A DNA stretch of 26,988 bases, from assembly GCA_041736305.1 (NCBI GenBank), contig JBGSTX010000211.1:1-26988 (forward strand). Reading direction: 5' to 3'. Origin of the DNA: Oligoflexus sp. (GTDB taxonomy: Bacteria; Bdellovibrionota_B; Oligoflexia; Oligoflexales; Oligoflexaceae). This document shows, in pieces, positions 16,257-25,936 of this stretch. The number at the start of each line of letters is the position of its first letter. The stretch's first letter is position 1. Both the position numbers and the translations under genes were made by a program. The notes beneath the pieces are model-generated. The model was not told the origin of the DNA and made no database searches. It saw nothing but the letters and a program-made list of their open reading frames with translations.

Positions 16257-17117
16257 ATGAAAACTATTACTCAAGGTATCGTTTGCAAGACTCTCCTAGT
16301 CTCGCTCCCACTACTCACCGCTTGCGGTGAAACCGTGAATTATGAAACCCAGGAAGAGGCCCGAGCTATGCTAGATTCCCCATCCTCAGCGACTCAAGCT
16401 GGAACAGGGGACTTAGAGAGCGATGGAGTGGATCCTAATAGAGACGTTTCTCAAAGTACTTCATCGACAACAAAGCGCACTCTGCCAGAAAATCTTAGTC
16501 CTGAAGAAGCCCTGGCTCTTTGCAGCAACACAGAACAGCAGACCCTGAAAGAAAAGATAGTCTTCCCGGAGCTAGCTGCAGGTCGCACCTGTGCCTTCGG
16601 TTCGGGCGATAACCTTACGCGAAAAGATCTCTTCTTTCGCGCCCAGCTGCGCCAGGAGCACAGCGTACAGCTTCCGGAGGGAGCCGTCTTCTGCGGCTTT
16701 ACCTTGAGCCACCAAGCGGCGGCTATGCGCTACGACGATGAGATGTTCTTTCTGCTTAACGACCGCATTCTCCTGTCCACTAAGAATTATAGCGATTACT
16801 TTCCTGCCACCGGGATGTTTAGTAGCTATGCCTGGCCCTCACTGCGTGACAAGCCCTACAACCCCTCGGATACCAGTCGCGGGCTCTACTGCATGGGAGG
16901 TGCCGAAGGCCTCAGCCAGTGTCAGCTCCCGCCGACCGAAACCAGCGGGCAAATTCAACTGAAGTTCAGCCCGGAAATGACGCTAGCCCTTGCTAGTCGC
17001 CTCGCTTCTGAGAAAACCCTCAGCTTTAGCTGGATCACAACCGGAGATAATGACGACTCGGACTGCCGCCACAGCGAAATTTCCTTTAACATGGATGTGC
17101 ACTACATTCTCCCTTGA
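16257..17117 (+). CDS. Hypothetical Cys-containing lipoprotein
   Basis: GGAGG SD, lipobox LLTAC, S/T-rich linker, beta-rich domain with six Cys and an acidic TGDNDDSDC motif. Confidence 0.8.
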   Translation: MKTITQGIVCKTLLVSLPLLTACGETVNYETQEEARAMLDSPSSATQAGTGDLESDGVDPNRDVSQSTSSTTKRTLPENLSPEEALALCSNTEQQTLKEKIVFPELAAGRTCAFGSGDNLTRKDLFFRAQLRQEHSVQLPEGAVFCGFTLSHQAAAMRYDDEMFFLLNDRILLSTKNYSDYFPATGMFSSYAWPSLRDKPYNPSDTSRGLYCMGGAEGLSQCQLPPTETSGQIQLKFSPEMTLALASRLASEKTLSFSWITTGDNDDSDCRHSEISFNMDVHYILP

Positions 17118-17143
17118 TCTGATCGTCTGGAGGAAGTCTAGCT

Positions 17144-18259
17144 ATGAGCATCCTAAGCCCAGCCAACCGGGTCGAGACCCGGTCGGCTTTTTTCCGTCCT
17201 GCCACACTTGTCGTTTGCCTAGGCCTCGGACTACTGTGCCTACCGGCGAAAGTTGCGCTAGCTGACGAAGATATCGATCTTTTTCTGGGAGCTTCCGGAG
17301 GCTATACCCATATCGATCCCGATCAAGGAGAAGGCACGAGCAAGAACGGCTATCATCTGCTCGCAATGGCCTTCGCCACCTATAGTACTGGCGAATGGAT
17401 TGCTCAGCTGGGAGGCGGCTTCTTCTATAATCGCGTTTACAGCGATGGTGAAAAAGACTTTGACGGCACCGCACCTGATCTAGTCAAAAAACAGGTGAAG
17501 CTCAGAATCGAGACGCGGTCCGGAGCCGCTGAGATAGGTCTCCGCCACCAGTTGGGCTTGGGTCTGGCGGCGGGCCTTTTAGTTCGTAGCTTTTTTGGTT
17601 CCTCTCTGTCCTTCAGCCAGGATAAGGATAGCAAGGCAAGTAAGTTCTTCGTTGGACCTCATTTGAGTTTTCGCTCGGGCTTATTTCCTAATTGGCTCGA
17701 CCAGAGTGAAATTTACCTGGGCACCGACCTCAACGTCAGCAACAAGCGGGTTTATCTCTTAAGCGCTGGCTTTGCCATTGGCACAAGATTCAGCAGGAGC
17801 CCCATTGAAGCTCCCGCTAAAGCTGTGGTCGAAGAGCGCTATGAAGAAATATTGGCAGACAAGGTGATCAACTTTCCAAGCGCCAGCTCTGAGTTGAAAG
17901 GGCCCGCACTTGAGTTTCTAAAAGACCTCGGAACCTATTTGAAGGCACATCCGGAGCTTTGGCAAAGAATAGATATCGAAGGACACACCGACAAGAAAGG
18001 TAAGCTAGCCTACAATATGCAGCTCTCACAGGATCGAGCCAGAACAGTAAAGCGGATACTCGAAGAGGCTGGGGCCCCTAGCAAGCAGATTACAGCCCAG
18101 GGATTTGGACCCACGCGGCCGCTGATTAACGCTGAAACGCCTGAAGCTCTGGCTGCCAATCGACGCGTAGTGATGGCCTTCGCTGTATCGGGGCGAGATC
18201 AACGGAATCAGCTAAGCCTTACTATCAAAGAGCTGCGAAAAAAACACTTTAACGAATAA
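17144..18259 (+). CDS. OmpA-family protein (N-terminal beta-barrel plus OmpA C-terminal peptidoglycan-binding domain)
   Basis: GGAGG SD and a signal peptide. Motifs INFPSASSEL, IEGHTD, NMQLSQDRA, GFGPTRP and NRRV. Confidence 0.9.
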   Translation: MSILSPANRVETRSAFFRPATLVVCLGLGLLCLPAKVALADEDIDLFLGASGGYTHIDPDQGEGTSKNGYHLLAMAFATYSTGEWIAQLGGGFFYNRVYSDGEKDFDGTAPDLVKKQVKLRIETRSGAAEIGLRHQLGLGLAAGLLVRSFFGSSLSFSQDKDSKASKFFVGPHLSFRSGLFPNWLDQSEIYLGTDLNVSNKRVYLLSAGFAIGTRFSRSPIEAPAKAVVEERYEEILADKVINFPSASSELKGPALEFLKDLGTYLKAHPELWQRIDIEGHTDKKGKLAYNMQLSQDRARTVKRILEEAGAPSKQITAQGFGPTRPLINAETPEALAANRRVVMAFAVSGRDQRNQLSLTIKELRKKHFNE

Positions 18260-18968
18260 TCGATACAATTTCCGCATCAAGATCGCCCGCTCCTGTATAC
18301 ACAGGAGTGGCATTTTCAATGTTAGACACAGCTGCGTCGAGCTCGAACTTAGAACTTACCGAGATTAGCTCTCCCGATTGAGGGTCGGTAAAGATCAGCT
18401 CCTTAGCGACAAGGTATTGACCTCCGACATATTCCACTTCTTGGGGGCCATACCGAGGATCATTGAAAACAGGCCAGCCATGGATGGCTCCATGCCGGCG
18501 AATCTGGTGTTTCCGCCCTGTCAGCAAGTTGATTTTTAGAATTGCGGTTCCGTCCGCCACGGTCAACACTTCCCACTCTGATTCACAAGGAATGCGCTTC
18601 CCCCAGTAGCCCCTAGGGTCTTTGCGGTTTTCGGCGCGATTGGTTAAAGGCCAACGCCAGAGTCCACTTGCACCGACTTCAGGCGGATTTTTGAGGACCT
18701 GAACACACGCTAGGTAGGTCTTACGAACCAATCTTTTTTCAAAGCTCTGTTGCAGACTTCTTGCGCTTTTGAGATTTTTCGCAAAGAGCACCAAACCGCA
18801 AGTTCCACTATCAAGTCGATTAATAAGGAAAGCTTTATCAGTTTCCGGATATTTTTCTTTGACGAAGCTTATCAGATCTTGGCCTTGCTTATTGTGGACA
18901 GAGACGCCGGGAGGCTTGTCTAAGACCAACCAGTCTTCGTTTTCCCTGATAAGTTCAATTTCTCGCAT
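18249..18968 (-). CDS. RluA-family RNA pseudouridine synthase
   Basis: DKPPG, catalytic NRLDSGTCG, KTYLA, TGRKHQIR.H and D..YG. Start moved to ATG 18968 (AGGAG SD). Overlaps the OmpA gene's 3' end by 11 nt, convergently. Confidence 0.93.
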   Translation of the reverse strand: MREIELIRENEDWLVLDKPPGVSVHNKQGQDLISFVKEKYPETDKAFLINRLDSGTCGLVLFAKNLKSARSLQQSFEKRLVRKTYLACVQVLKNPPEVGASGLWRWPLTNRAENRKDPRGYWGKRIPCESEWEVLTVADGTAILKINLLTGRKHQIRRHGAIHGWPVFNDPRYGPQEVEYVGGQYLVAKELIFTDPQSGELISVSSKFELDAAVSNIENATPVYTGAGDLDAEIVSIIR

Positions 18969-19234
18969 TTTCTCACTCCTCAGAAGAGGAGCATACAGCC
19001 ATTTCGGCTTTTCAAGTCCTCTTACTCTTTGGGGGAAGTTTTGCATCACGCAGAAAAATCCGTCAATTGGAGTAAATGACATGATACTCTACGCTCCGAA
19101 TCTTTACGCCAGGTCTGACAAAAACTTGAGTGAAGAGAACGAAAATATTAGTTTACCGGCGCGAGTTCTCTCAATTATAAGTTTCTTAGAACAGTTCCCC
19201 TAGCTTCTTCCTCTTTTTGCCCAAGGAGCCCATC

Positions 19235-19621
19235 ATGCTTCGTTCTCTTCTATACGCCAGTGCGTGGAGTCTTGTTTGTAATTCCTCGTTTGCGCTTTCC
19301 ATGCCGAAGGCTCCTTCAGTTTTAATTAGCTGCTCGGTCTCGAATCAGTTCGGGGCAAGTGTCGAAGAAGGCGGGGAGGCTGAGTCAAGTACTAACTTGG
19401 AGCAGAACAATGCTGTTTCGGGACGTAGCGAAATATACGAGTACTCGGGGTATAAAAAGGACCTTCCCAAGAACCTTTTTGAAATTTCAATTCTTGATAA
19501 GAGAAGCGGCAAGAGCGCACGCGCTGAGTCGGAAATAGGGAAAGGTCAACGTCTCGTCATTCATCTGGATGGTCTAGCGGAACCCATCACAACTTTGACC
19601 TTAAAGTGCGAAGGTGCTTAA
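19235..19621 (+). CDS. Small secreted hypothetical protein
   Basis: AAGGAG SD before ATG 19235, signal peptide ending SFA, two Cys in the mature chain near its ends. Confidence 0.7.
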   Translation: MLRSLLYASAWSLVCNSSFALSMPKAPSVLISCSVSNQFGASVEEGGEAESSTNLEQNNAVSGRSEIYEYSGYKKDLPKNLFEISILDKRSGKSARAESEIGKGQRLVIHLDGLAEPITTLTLKCEGA

Positions 19622-19641
19622 TAGGCCAGCTCAGCTTCTGT

Positions 19642-19794
19642 CAGTCGAGTGTCAGCTAGCGTTCGAAAGCTCCTATAGCTGAGATTGAAATCCAAACTAG
19701 CGAGGCTAAACATGCCTAACTGGCACCTAAAAGGTTGAATTCCCGAAGCTCGCTAACAAAGCTGCCGCGAACGCTAGAAATGAACTCGGGATTG
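19642..19794. ncRNA. Candidate structured RNA (long interrupted hairpin, strand unknown)
   Basis: Nested pairings CGAGT.TCA/TGAACTCG, CTAGCGTTCG/CGAACGCTAG and TAGCGAG/CTCGCTA, plus two apical hairpins. No family assignment can be made by eye. Confidence 0.4.
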
Positions 19795-19898
19795 TAAAAG
19801 AAGATGCAAAACTTCACTAAAATATTGCTCCACTTACCTATGATCGTCATAGTCCCAACAAGGCCTGCATCCAGCAGCGTCTGTGCTTGGAGGCTTTC

Positions 19899-21059
19899 AT
19901 GGGAAGATCAAATGCTCTCGCAAAACAGCCCGAATCAACTAACACAACGCTACCTCCGGATAAGCTCTCAACGCAAAAGACGCGCATGCAGGAATTTGGC
20001 AAGGAGCTGGAAGCCATCTATCAGCGCGTCGAGGCCCAACTTGGTGCCGAAGATCTCGAGCACATCACCCGTGTTAGGAAAATTTCGCGCATTTCAGAGA
20101 TCACCGGACGAACTCTGATTCATTTTAGTCTGGATCCGCTGACATTCAGTGGGGGCGTCTTTGCCCTATGGGTTCATAAGCAGCTTGAAACTACTGAAAT
20201 AGGTCATATGGCTCTGCATGGCGCTTATGAAAAGATAAGTGACGATAAAGCCCTACAGGCCAAATCCTTCCGCTGGATATTTCCCGTCGATGAAGAGTCC
20301 TGGCGAGTCGGACATAACGCCAAGCACCATGCCTTCACGAATGTTGCAGGCAAAGATCCCGATATACATTTCGGTTTCATTCGTTTGACTCCCGAGACCC
20401 CTCATCGGTGGATCAACTACTTTCAATTGCCGGCGACCCTCTTTTTCATTCTGCCAAACTTTGGTGCTGCAATAAATACCCACGTCACTGGCTTACTTGA
20501 TCTTTATCTCGGCAATGGGCTCGACAGTGAATTCGATTTCATTGAAGACAAGTCCTGGAAGTCCATCGTCAAGGTCCACAAAAAAGCTTTTCGCAAGTGG
20601 GTCCCTTACTACGCTGAGAACTACATTTTTTATCCTGCCTTAGCCGGCCCTTTCTTTTGGAAGGTGATGGCGGGGAATTATCTCGCGGACAAGATGCGGG
20701 ATGTTTACACCGGACTTACCGTACTCTGCGGGCATGTGGGAGCCGATGTTCAGAGTTTTCCTGAGGGCAGCAAGGCGCGGAACCGCGGCGAGTGGTATGC
20801 GATGCAAGTCGAAGGGGCGAATAGTTTCGAGATGAGCGAACCGCTTTCAATTCTCTGCGGCGCCCTCAATCTGCAGATCGAGCATCACCTCTTCCCCAAG
20901 TTACCGCCCAACAGGTTGCGTGAAATTAGCGGCGAAGTAAAAGCTTGCTGTGAACGCTATGGAGTTAACTATAAGACAGAGAGCTGGTTCAAGACTGCGA
21001 AGAAAGTCTTTACCCAGATCGCCAAACTCAGTCTGCCTGAAACTCAAAAGAGTTCCTGA
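19899..21059 (+). CDS. Membrane fatty acid (acyl-CoA) desaturase, DesA3-like
   Basis: His boxes EIGHMALHG, HNAKHH and QIEHHLFP, plus GKDPDI and LPPNRL. ATG 19899 follows a GGAGG SD. Confidence 0.92.
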   Translation: MGRSNALAKQPESTNTTLPPDKLSTQKTRMQEFGKELEAIYQRVEAQLGAEDLEHITRVRKISRISEITGRTLIHFSLDPLTFSGGVFALWVHKQLETTEIGHMALHGAYEKISDDKALQAKSFRWIFPVDEESWRVGHNAKHHAFTNVAGKDPDIHFGFIRLTPETPHRWINYFQLPATLFFILPNFGAAINTHVTGLLDLYLGNGLDSEFDFIEDKSWKSIVKVHKKAFRKWVPYYAENYIFYPALAGPFFWKVMAGNYLADKMRDVYTGLTVLCGHVGADVQSFPEGSKARNRGEWYAMQVEGANSFEMSEPLSILCGALNLQIEHHLFPKLPPNRLREISGEVKACCERYGVNYKTESWFKTAKKVFTQIAKLSLPETQKSS

Positions 21060-21152
21060 GGCAGTAGTTTTTTTAAAGCCACGAACTAAAAACATGCTTA
21101 GAATTCGACTTAGAAAAGCCTAGCTTCAAGTTAATAAAGACGGAGCAAAAAT

Positions 21153-21701
21153 ATGCAAAAGCCTTTCAAAGTCGTTTTACTGAGCCTCAGCCTCAGCGCT
21201 CCCCTGATAGCGGCTCCCGACAAAGAAAAGTCTCTGGCTGCTTTTCAAGAGAGTCTGGCTGTTTTTAAGCATCCGCGCTGCCTCAATTGCCATCCTTCAG
21301 GCGATCGACCTACTCAGACTATGGCTATGATTCCCCATGCAATGAACATCCAGCGAGGCCCCGACGATCACGGGGCAATTGGTCAACGCTGTGACACCTG
21401 TCACCGTGAGGCTAACTATGAGTATTCAGGTGTGCCAGGTGCACCCAAGTGGGCGCTAGCTCCTCGATCAATGGCTTGGCAGGGACTTTCGGATCGCGAG
21501 ATCTGCCTTGCGCTCAAGGATCCGAAGAAAAATCATAATATGAGCTTGGAGCAGTTAGTCGAGCACAATGCAAAAGATCCCTTGGTTGGCTGGGCTTGGA
21601 ATCCCGGAGGAGGGCGCGAACCCGCTCCAGGAACTCAGGAAGAATTCGGTAGAAACGTAGCGGCCTGGGTTGAGAACGGAGCGTTCTGCCCAGATCGCTG
21701 A
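21153..21701 (+). CDS. Secreted di-heme cytochrome c of the family usually annotated 'isoquinoline 1-oxidoreductase subunit'
   Basis: Signal peptide, HPRCLNCHP.GDRP, CDTCH, PGAPKW.LAP..MAW, D.LVGWAWNPG.GREPAP and GA.CP. Confidence 0.85.
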   Translation: MQKPFKVVLLSLSLSAPLIAAPDKEKSLAAFQESLAVFKHPRCLNCHPSGDRPTQTMAMIPHAMNIQRGPDDHGAIGQRCDTCHREANYEYSGVPGAPKWALAPRSMAWQGLSDREICLALKDPKKNHNMSLEQLVEHNAKDPLVGWAWNPGGGREPAPGTQEEFGRNVAAWVENGAFCPDR

Positions 21702-21708
21702 TCTATAG

Positions 21709-23862
21709 TTATACAGTGTAAGACTTCGAACCTATCGGCAGCGAGCGCAAGCGCTGCTTCGTCAGCACGTAATACGCATTCGCAACCGCAGGGGCAATAG
21801 GTGGAACACCTGGTTCCCCGAGTCCGCTTGGAGGGTCTTTGGAAGGCACGAAAGCCACCTTAACCTCCGGCATCTCGTTCATCCGCATAACTGGAAAGTC
21901 GTCATAATTGCCAGTCTTGATTTGCCCTCTTTCGACGATAATCTCCTGGTAAAGGAGCGCAGAGAGACCAAAGACTATTGAACCTTCAATTTGAGTCTTC
22001 GCTACCTCAGGATTCACTACTTGCCCGCAATGGACTGCCGCCCAGACCTTATGTACCTTCGGCAGCTTTCCTTCCATCGACACCTCGGTCACGTAGCCTA
22101 CCACTGAATTAAAAGATTCGTGAATGGCTAGGCCGTAAGCACGATTAGCCTTAGCTTTGAGTCGCGACCAGCCCGACTCCTTCTCCAAGAGCTCGAGTAC
22201 GGCCATGTGTCGAGGGGAGTTTTTCAAGAGGGTTTTGCGCAGCTTCATGGGATCAGTTTGCATCCCTTCGGCCAGTTCATCCATGGCCGATTCCATGGCA
22301 AATGCCGTATGGGTATGCCCCACGGAACGCCACCAAAGAGTGGTAAGCGGGGTCTGCGCTAGAGTTTGGGTACAGCGAAACTGTTTGAGATCATAGTGAG
22401 TCTTCGCCACCCCTTCGACGGCTGCTTCTTCAACTCCATTTTTAATAGAGGACTCGAAGAGAGTGCCTTTGAAGATGCTCTGGCAAACTATCTTATGATC
22501 CCAACCCGCGAGTTCTTTCCCTTTTATTCCGATCTTAACGGAGTGGATCGCCATGGGACGGTAGTAACCAGCCCGCATATCGTCTTCGCGGGTGTAGACC
22601 AGTTGGAGAGGCCTCTTCACCTGCTTAGCGAGTTCTACAGCAACGCGAACATAGTCTGAGTCTTTACTTGCGCGACGGCCAAAGCTTCCCCCAGCATAGG
22701 TTGTATTGACTTTCACTAAAGATGGATCAAGACCAAGGATTTTTGCAGTTACAGTAGCATCAATACCAGGCATCTGGTGCCCCGACCAAATCTCGCATGA
22801 TTTGCCATCGTAGTTCACCGTGATATTTAATGGCTCCATGGAAGCATGGGCTAAAAAAGGTAAAGCGTACTCTAGCTCAAGGGTTTTACTGCTTCCTTTC
22901 ATCGCCTGGTCGACTTCCCCGCGTTTCTCAGCTAGTGCTCCAGGCGAATCGAGTTCCTTGCGAAACTGCTTGACCATGCCCGCAGTACTCAAGTCGGCTT
23001 GATCTGGATTCCAGGTGATTTTAAGGGCATCGCGACCCTTCCTAGCGATATGAGTGTTGGTCGCAAGGACACCCACTTTCTCGCCAAAGCGGACGACGTC
23101 GACCACACCTTTCATGGCACGAGTAGCCTTGTCATCGAGACTAGTAATTTTAGCCCCAACGACCGGCCCGTGAGCGACCATTGCATAGACCATATTGGGG
23201 ATGCGAATATCTAGCCCAAACTGGGCTTTGCCCACAGTCTTTTCGAGAGCATCGACTCGCTTCTTCGACTTACCGATGATCGTAAAGTCTTTACTGTCTT
23301 TGAGTTTGGGTTCAGCAGGCATAGCCTGCTGGGCAGCTTCAGCAGCAAGAGCTCCGTAAGTGAGTTTACCTTTGCTCGGATGAGAGACGACGCCATTGGC
23401 TGCTGTGCAAGAGGCTACTGGAACCCCCCACCGCTGCGCTGCAGCTGAAACCAGCATCTCCCGCATGGCAGCACCGAGAGTGCGATACTGCGTCCAGGAC
23501 GAAGCTAGCGAGGTTGAACCGCCGGTCATCTGAACAGGCATAGCTGTGTGATTATAAACAGGGTTCACAGGCGCTGAAACAGATCTTATTTTGGTCCAAT
23601 CGCAAGCGAGTTCTTCGGCGATCAGTTGGGCCATCGATGTGTTTACACCCTGGCCCATTTCAAGCTTATTGATCGTTATGGTGATGGAGTCATCGGCAGC
23701 AATACTGATGAAGGCGTTAGGCGAAGGGAGTGGCATCTGCTTCGTCTCTGGTGCCTGGGCTAGGAGCTTAGGCATACCGTCGAGTGGTATGTAGAATCCG
23801 ACCGCAAAAACTCCGAGCGTAGCTGCTGAAGCTTTAATAATATCACGTCTGCTCGTCTGCAT
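21709..23862 (-). CDS. iorB: Isoquinoline 1-oxidoreductase beta-like molybdopterin-binding subunit (xanthine dehydrogenase family)
   Basis: Twin-Arg-like SRRDIIK, EMGQG, IAEEL, TGGSTS, GGSFGRR, WWRSVGH, QIEG and GLGEPGVPP. Start at ATG 23862 with a GAGGTG SD. Substrate unknown. Confidence 0.92.
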   Translation of the reverse strand: MQTSRRDIIKASAATLGVFAVGFYIPLDGMPKLLAQAPETKQMPLPSPNAFISIAADDSITITINKLEMGQGVNTSMAQLIAEELACDWTKIRSVSAPVNPVYNHTAMPVQMTGGSTSLASSWTQYRTLGAAMREMLVSAAAQRWGVPVASCTAANGVVSHPSKGKLTYGALAAEAAQQAMPAEPKLKDSKDFTIIGKSKKRVDALEKTVGKAQFGLDIRIPNMVYAMVAHGPVVGAKITSLDDKATRAMKGVVDVVRFGEKVGVLATNTHIARKGRDALKITWNPDQADLSTAGMVKQFRKELDSPGALAEKRGEVDQAMKGSSKTLELEYALPFLAHASMEPLNITVNYDGKSCEIWSGHQMPGIDATVTAKILGLDPSLVKVNTTYAGGSFGRRASKDSDYVRVAVELAKQVKRPLQLVYTREDDMRAGYYRPMAIHSVKIGIKGKELAGWDHKIVCQSIFKGTLFESSIKNGVEEAAVEGVAKTHYDLKQFRCTQTLAQTPLTTLWWRSVGHTHTAFAMESAMDELAEGMQTDPMKLRKTLLKNSPRHMAVLELLEKESGWSRLKAKANRAYGLAIHESFNSVVGYVTEVSMEGKLPKVHKVWAAVHCGQVVNPEVAKTQIEGSIVFGLSALLYQEIIVERGQIKTGNYDDFPVMRMNEMPEVKVAFVPSKDPPSGLGEPGVPPIAPAVANAYYVLTKQRLRSLPIGSKSYTV

Positions 23863-23869
23863 AATCACC

Positions 23870-24322
23870 TCAAACCAGAGAATTGGATGCAAGTTTTATA
23901 GCTTCACGAATTCTTTGATAGGTACCGCAACGACAGATGTTGCCGCTCATGGCCCCATCAATATCAGCATCGCTAGGTTTTTTCTTGGCCCTTAGTAGCG
24001 CGACCGCTGACATCACTTGACCTGTCTGGCAATATCCACACTGGGGGACATGTTTTTCGACCCAGGCATTGATAACCGCTTGACTCGTTGGATCGTTGAG
24101 ACCTTCAATCGTCGTGATTTTCTTGCCTGCCGCGGCGGATAAGGGAAAAGAGCAGGAGCGCACGGGACTTCCATCAACATGCACGGTACAAGCACCGCAG
24201 AGTGCCTTGCCACAACCAAACTTAGTTCCTGTCAAACCCAGCTCGTCGCGAATGATCCACAGAAGAGGGGTATCGGCATCGACTTCTACCTTGCTGACTT
24301 TACCATTGATGTTCAATTCCAT
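23870..24322 (-). CDS. iorA: (2Fe-2S)-binding small subunit, IorA/CoxS family
   Basis: [26 protein letters not shown] and NICRCGTY. Start at ATG 24322 (MELNING). Confidence 0.93.
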   Translation of the reverse strand: MELNINGKVSKVEVDADTPLLWIIRDELGLTGTKFGCGKALCGACTVHVDGSPVRSCSFPLSAAAGKKITTIEGLNDPTSQAVINAWVEKHVPQCGYCQTGQVMSAVALLRAKKKPSDADIDGAMSGNICRCGTYQRIREAIKLASNSLV

Positions 24323-24569
24323 ATTCGAGCCCTCAGCCTTAGTTTTGATAGAAGCTAACATGCTTGCCGACCTTAACGATAGAGTACGGAAATAGCTTTT
24401 TGGCAGCAGCCTTAAACCATCTACGGCATAATGACTCAAAAGAACCTTTTCGATCCGCATTCTCTTGCGAGAGAAGCTCCTACTTGCTATTTCAGGTACT
24501 GTTCGACAAAGCTCAGGCTTCGCTAGTCTTAAAGACTCCTCAAGAGCTGAACCAGGAAGGTCTGCACCT

Positions 24570-25853
24570 ATGGATATTCTGAACGATAGATCAATTCTCT
24601 ATGCTGCTTCAGGCTTCTTTCTCGTTGCTATTGTCCATACCTTCATGGCGAACAAGATATTACAGTTGGCCCATCGATTTGAGGAGGGTTCCATTGCCGA
24701 AAACCTCTTGCATTTCATGGGAGAGGTTGAGGTCGTTTTTGGCTTTTGGGCTTTTATTTTCATTGCCTATCTTTCCTTTAAACTCGGTACGCCTACAGCG
24801 GTAGACTATGTTAACGGTGTGAATTTCACGGAAGCTGCCTTTGTTTTCGTCATTATGTGTATGGCCTCCACAAAACCTATTATTTATTTTTCTCAGTTGA
24901 CTCTCGAATCGCTGGCTCGCTTGCTGCCGTTTTCGAAGAGTCTGAGCTTCTATCTTGTGGCTCTCAGCGTAGGACCTCTGCTCGGCTCGTTTATCACCGA
25001 ACCGGCTGCCATGACGATTTTAGCTTTGATTTTAAAAGAGCGATTCTACGACCGCTCGCAAAACGTGCGCTTCAAATATGCGAGCCTAGGCCTGCTGTTC
25101 GTCAACGTTTCAATTGGAGGGACGTTAACCCACTTCGCAGCACCGCCGGTGATCATGGTCGCTACACCCTGGGCTTGGGATACTGCGTATATGAGCCAGC
25201 ACTTTGGGTGGAAAGCGGCCATTGCGATTCTCATCGGAACTGCTGTCACCAGCTGGGTATTTCGCAGCGAGTTGAATTCGATCAGCTCTCCGGCAAGCCC
25301 GCAGACAGCCCAAGGCAGAAGGATTCCCTTATGGCTTATCGCCTCGCATTTTATTTTTATGGGTTTCACCGTCCTCTATCACGCCTATGCTAGCTTCTTT
25401 CTCGGTCTCTTCCTCATCTTTCTTGGATGGACCGAGGTGACCAAAGAATATCAGGATCCACTCAAGATTCGCGAAAGCCTTCTCGTCGGCTTTTTTCTCG
25501 GCGGTCTCGTGACTCTAGGGGGTCTTCAGGGCTGGTGGATTTCACCGCTGCTTTCACAACTCTCAGACCTCAATATCTACTTTGGGGCTACAATTTTAAC
25601 CTCGGTTACGGATAATGCAGCTATCACCTATCTAGCGACTCTGGTCCCAGACTTATCGGAAAAAGCCAAGTACGCGGTAGTTGCAGGAGCGGTCACGGGC
25701 GGAGGTCTTACTGTAATCGCCAATGCACCTAATCCTGCCGGCTACGGTATACTTCGCGATTCCTTCGGGGATAACGGAATCAGCCCCCTTGGACTCTTGC
25801 TAGGGGCTCTGCCGTATACAGTCCTTGCCGCCATTGCCTTTCTTTGCCTCTAG
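24570..25853 (+). CDS. Putative Na+/H+ antiporter (DUF1504 / IT superfamily)
   Basis: Many transmembrane helices. Motifs [42 protein letters not shown] and [15 protein letters not shown]. Probable start at ATG 24570. Confidence 0.88.
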   Translation: MDILNDRSILYAASGFFLVAIVHTFMANKILQLAHRFEEGSIAENLLHFMGEVEVVFGFWAFIFIAYLSFKLGTPTAVDYVNGVNFTEAAFVFVIMCMASTKPIIYFSQLTLESLARLLPFSKSLSFYLVALSVGPLLGSFITEPAAMTILALILKERFYDRSQNVRFKYASLGLLFVNVSIGGTLTHFAAPPVIMVATPWAWDTAYMSQHFGWKAAIAILIGTAVTSWVFRSELNSISSPASPQTAQGRRIPLWLIASHFIFMGFTVLYHAYASFFLGLFLIFLGWTEVTKEYQDPLKIRESLLVGFFLGGLVTLGGLQGWWISPLLSQLSDLNIYFGATILTSVTDNAAITYLATLVPDLSEKAKYAVVAGAVTGGGLTVIANAPNPAGYGILRDSFGDNGISPLGLLLGALPYTVLAAIAFLCL

Positions 25854-25936
25854 GTCACCTTGTTTCTTGTTTTATTGACCTAGAGACTGCTCTCCTCTAA
25901 GCTTCTTTGATCAGATCAATTGGCAAAGAGGTCCTT

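Noticed and set aside
24323-24569. Moco riboswitch before iorA, or a cation riboswitch before the antiporter
   Set aside because: No matching consensus is recognisable on either strand.
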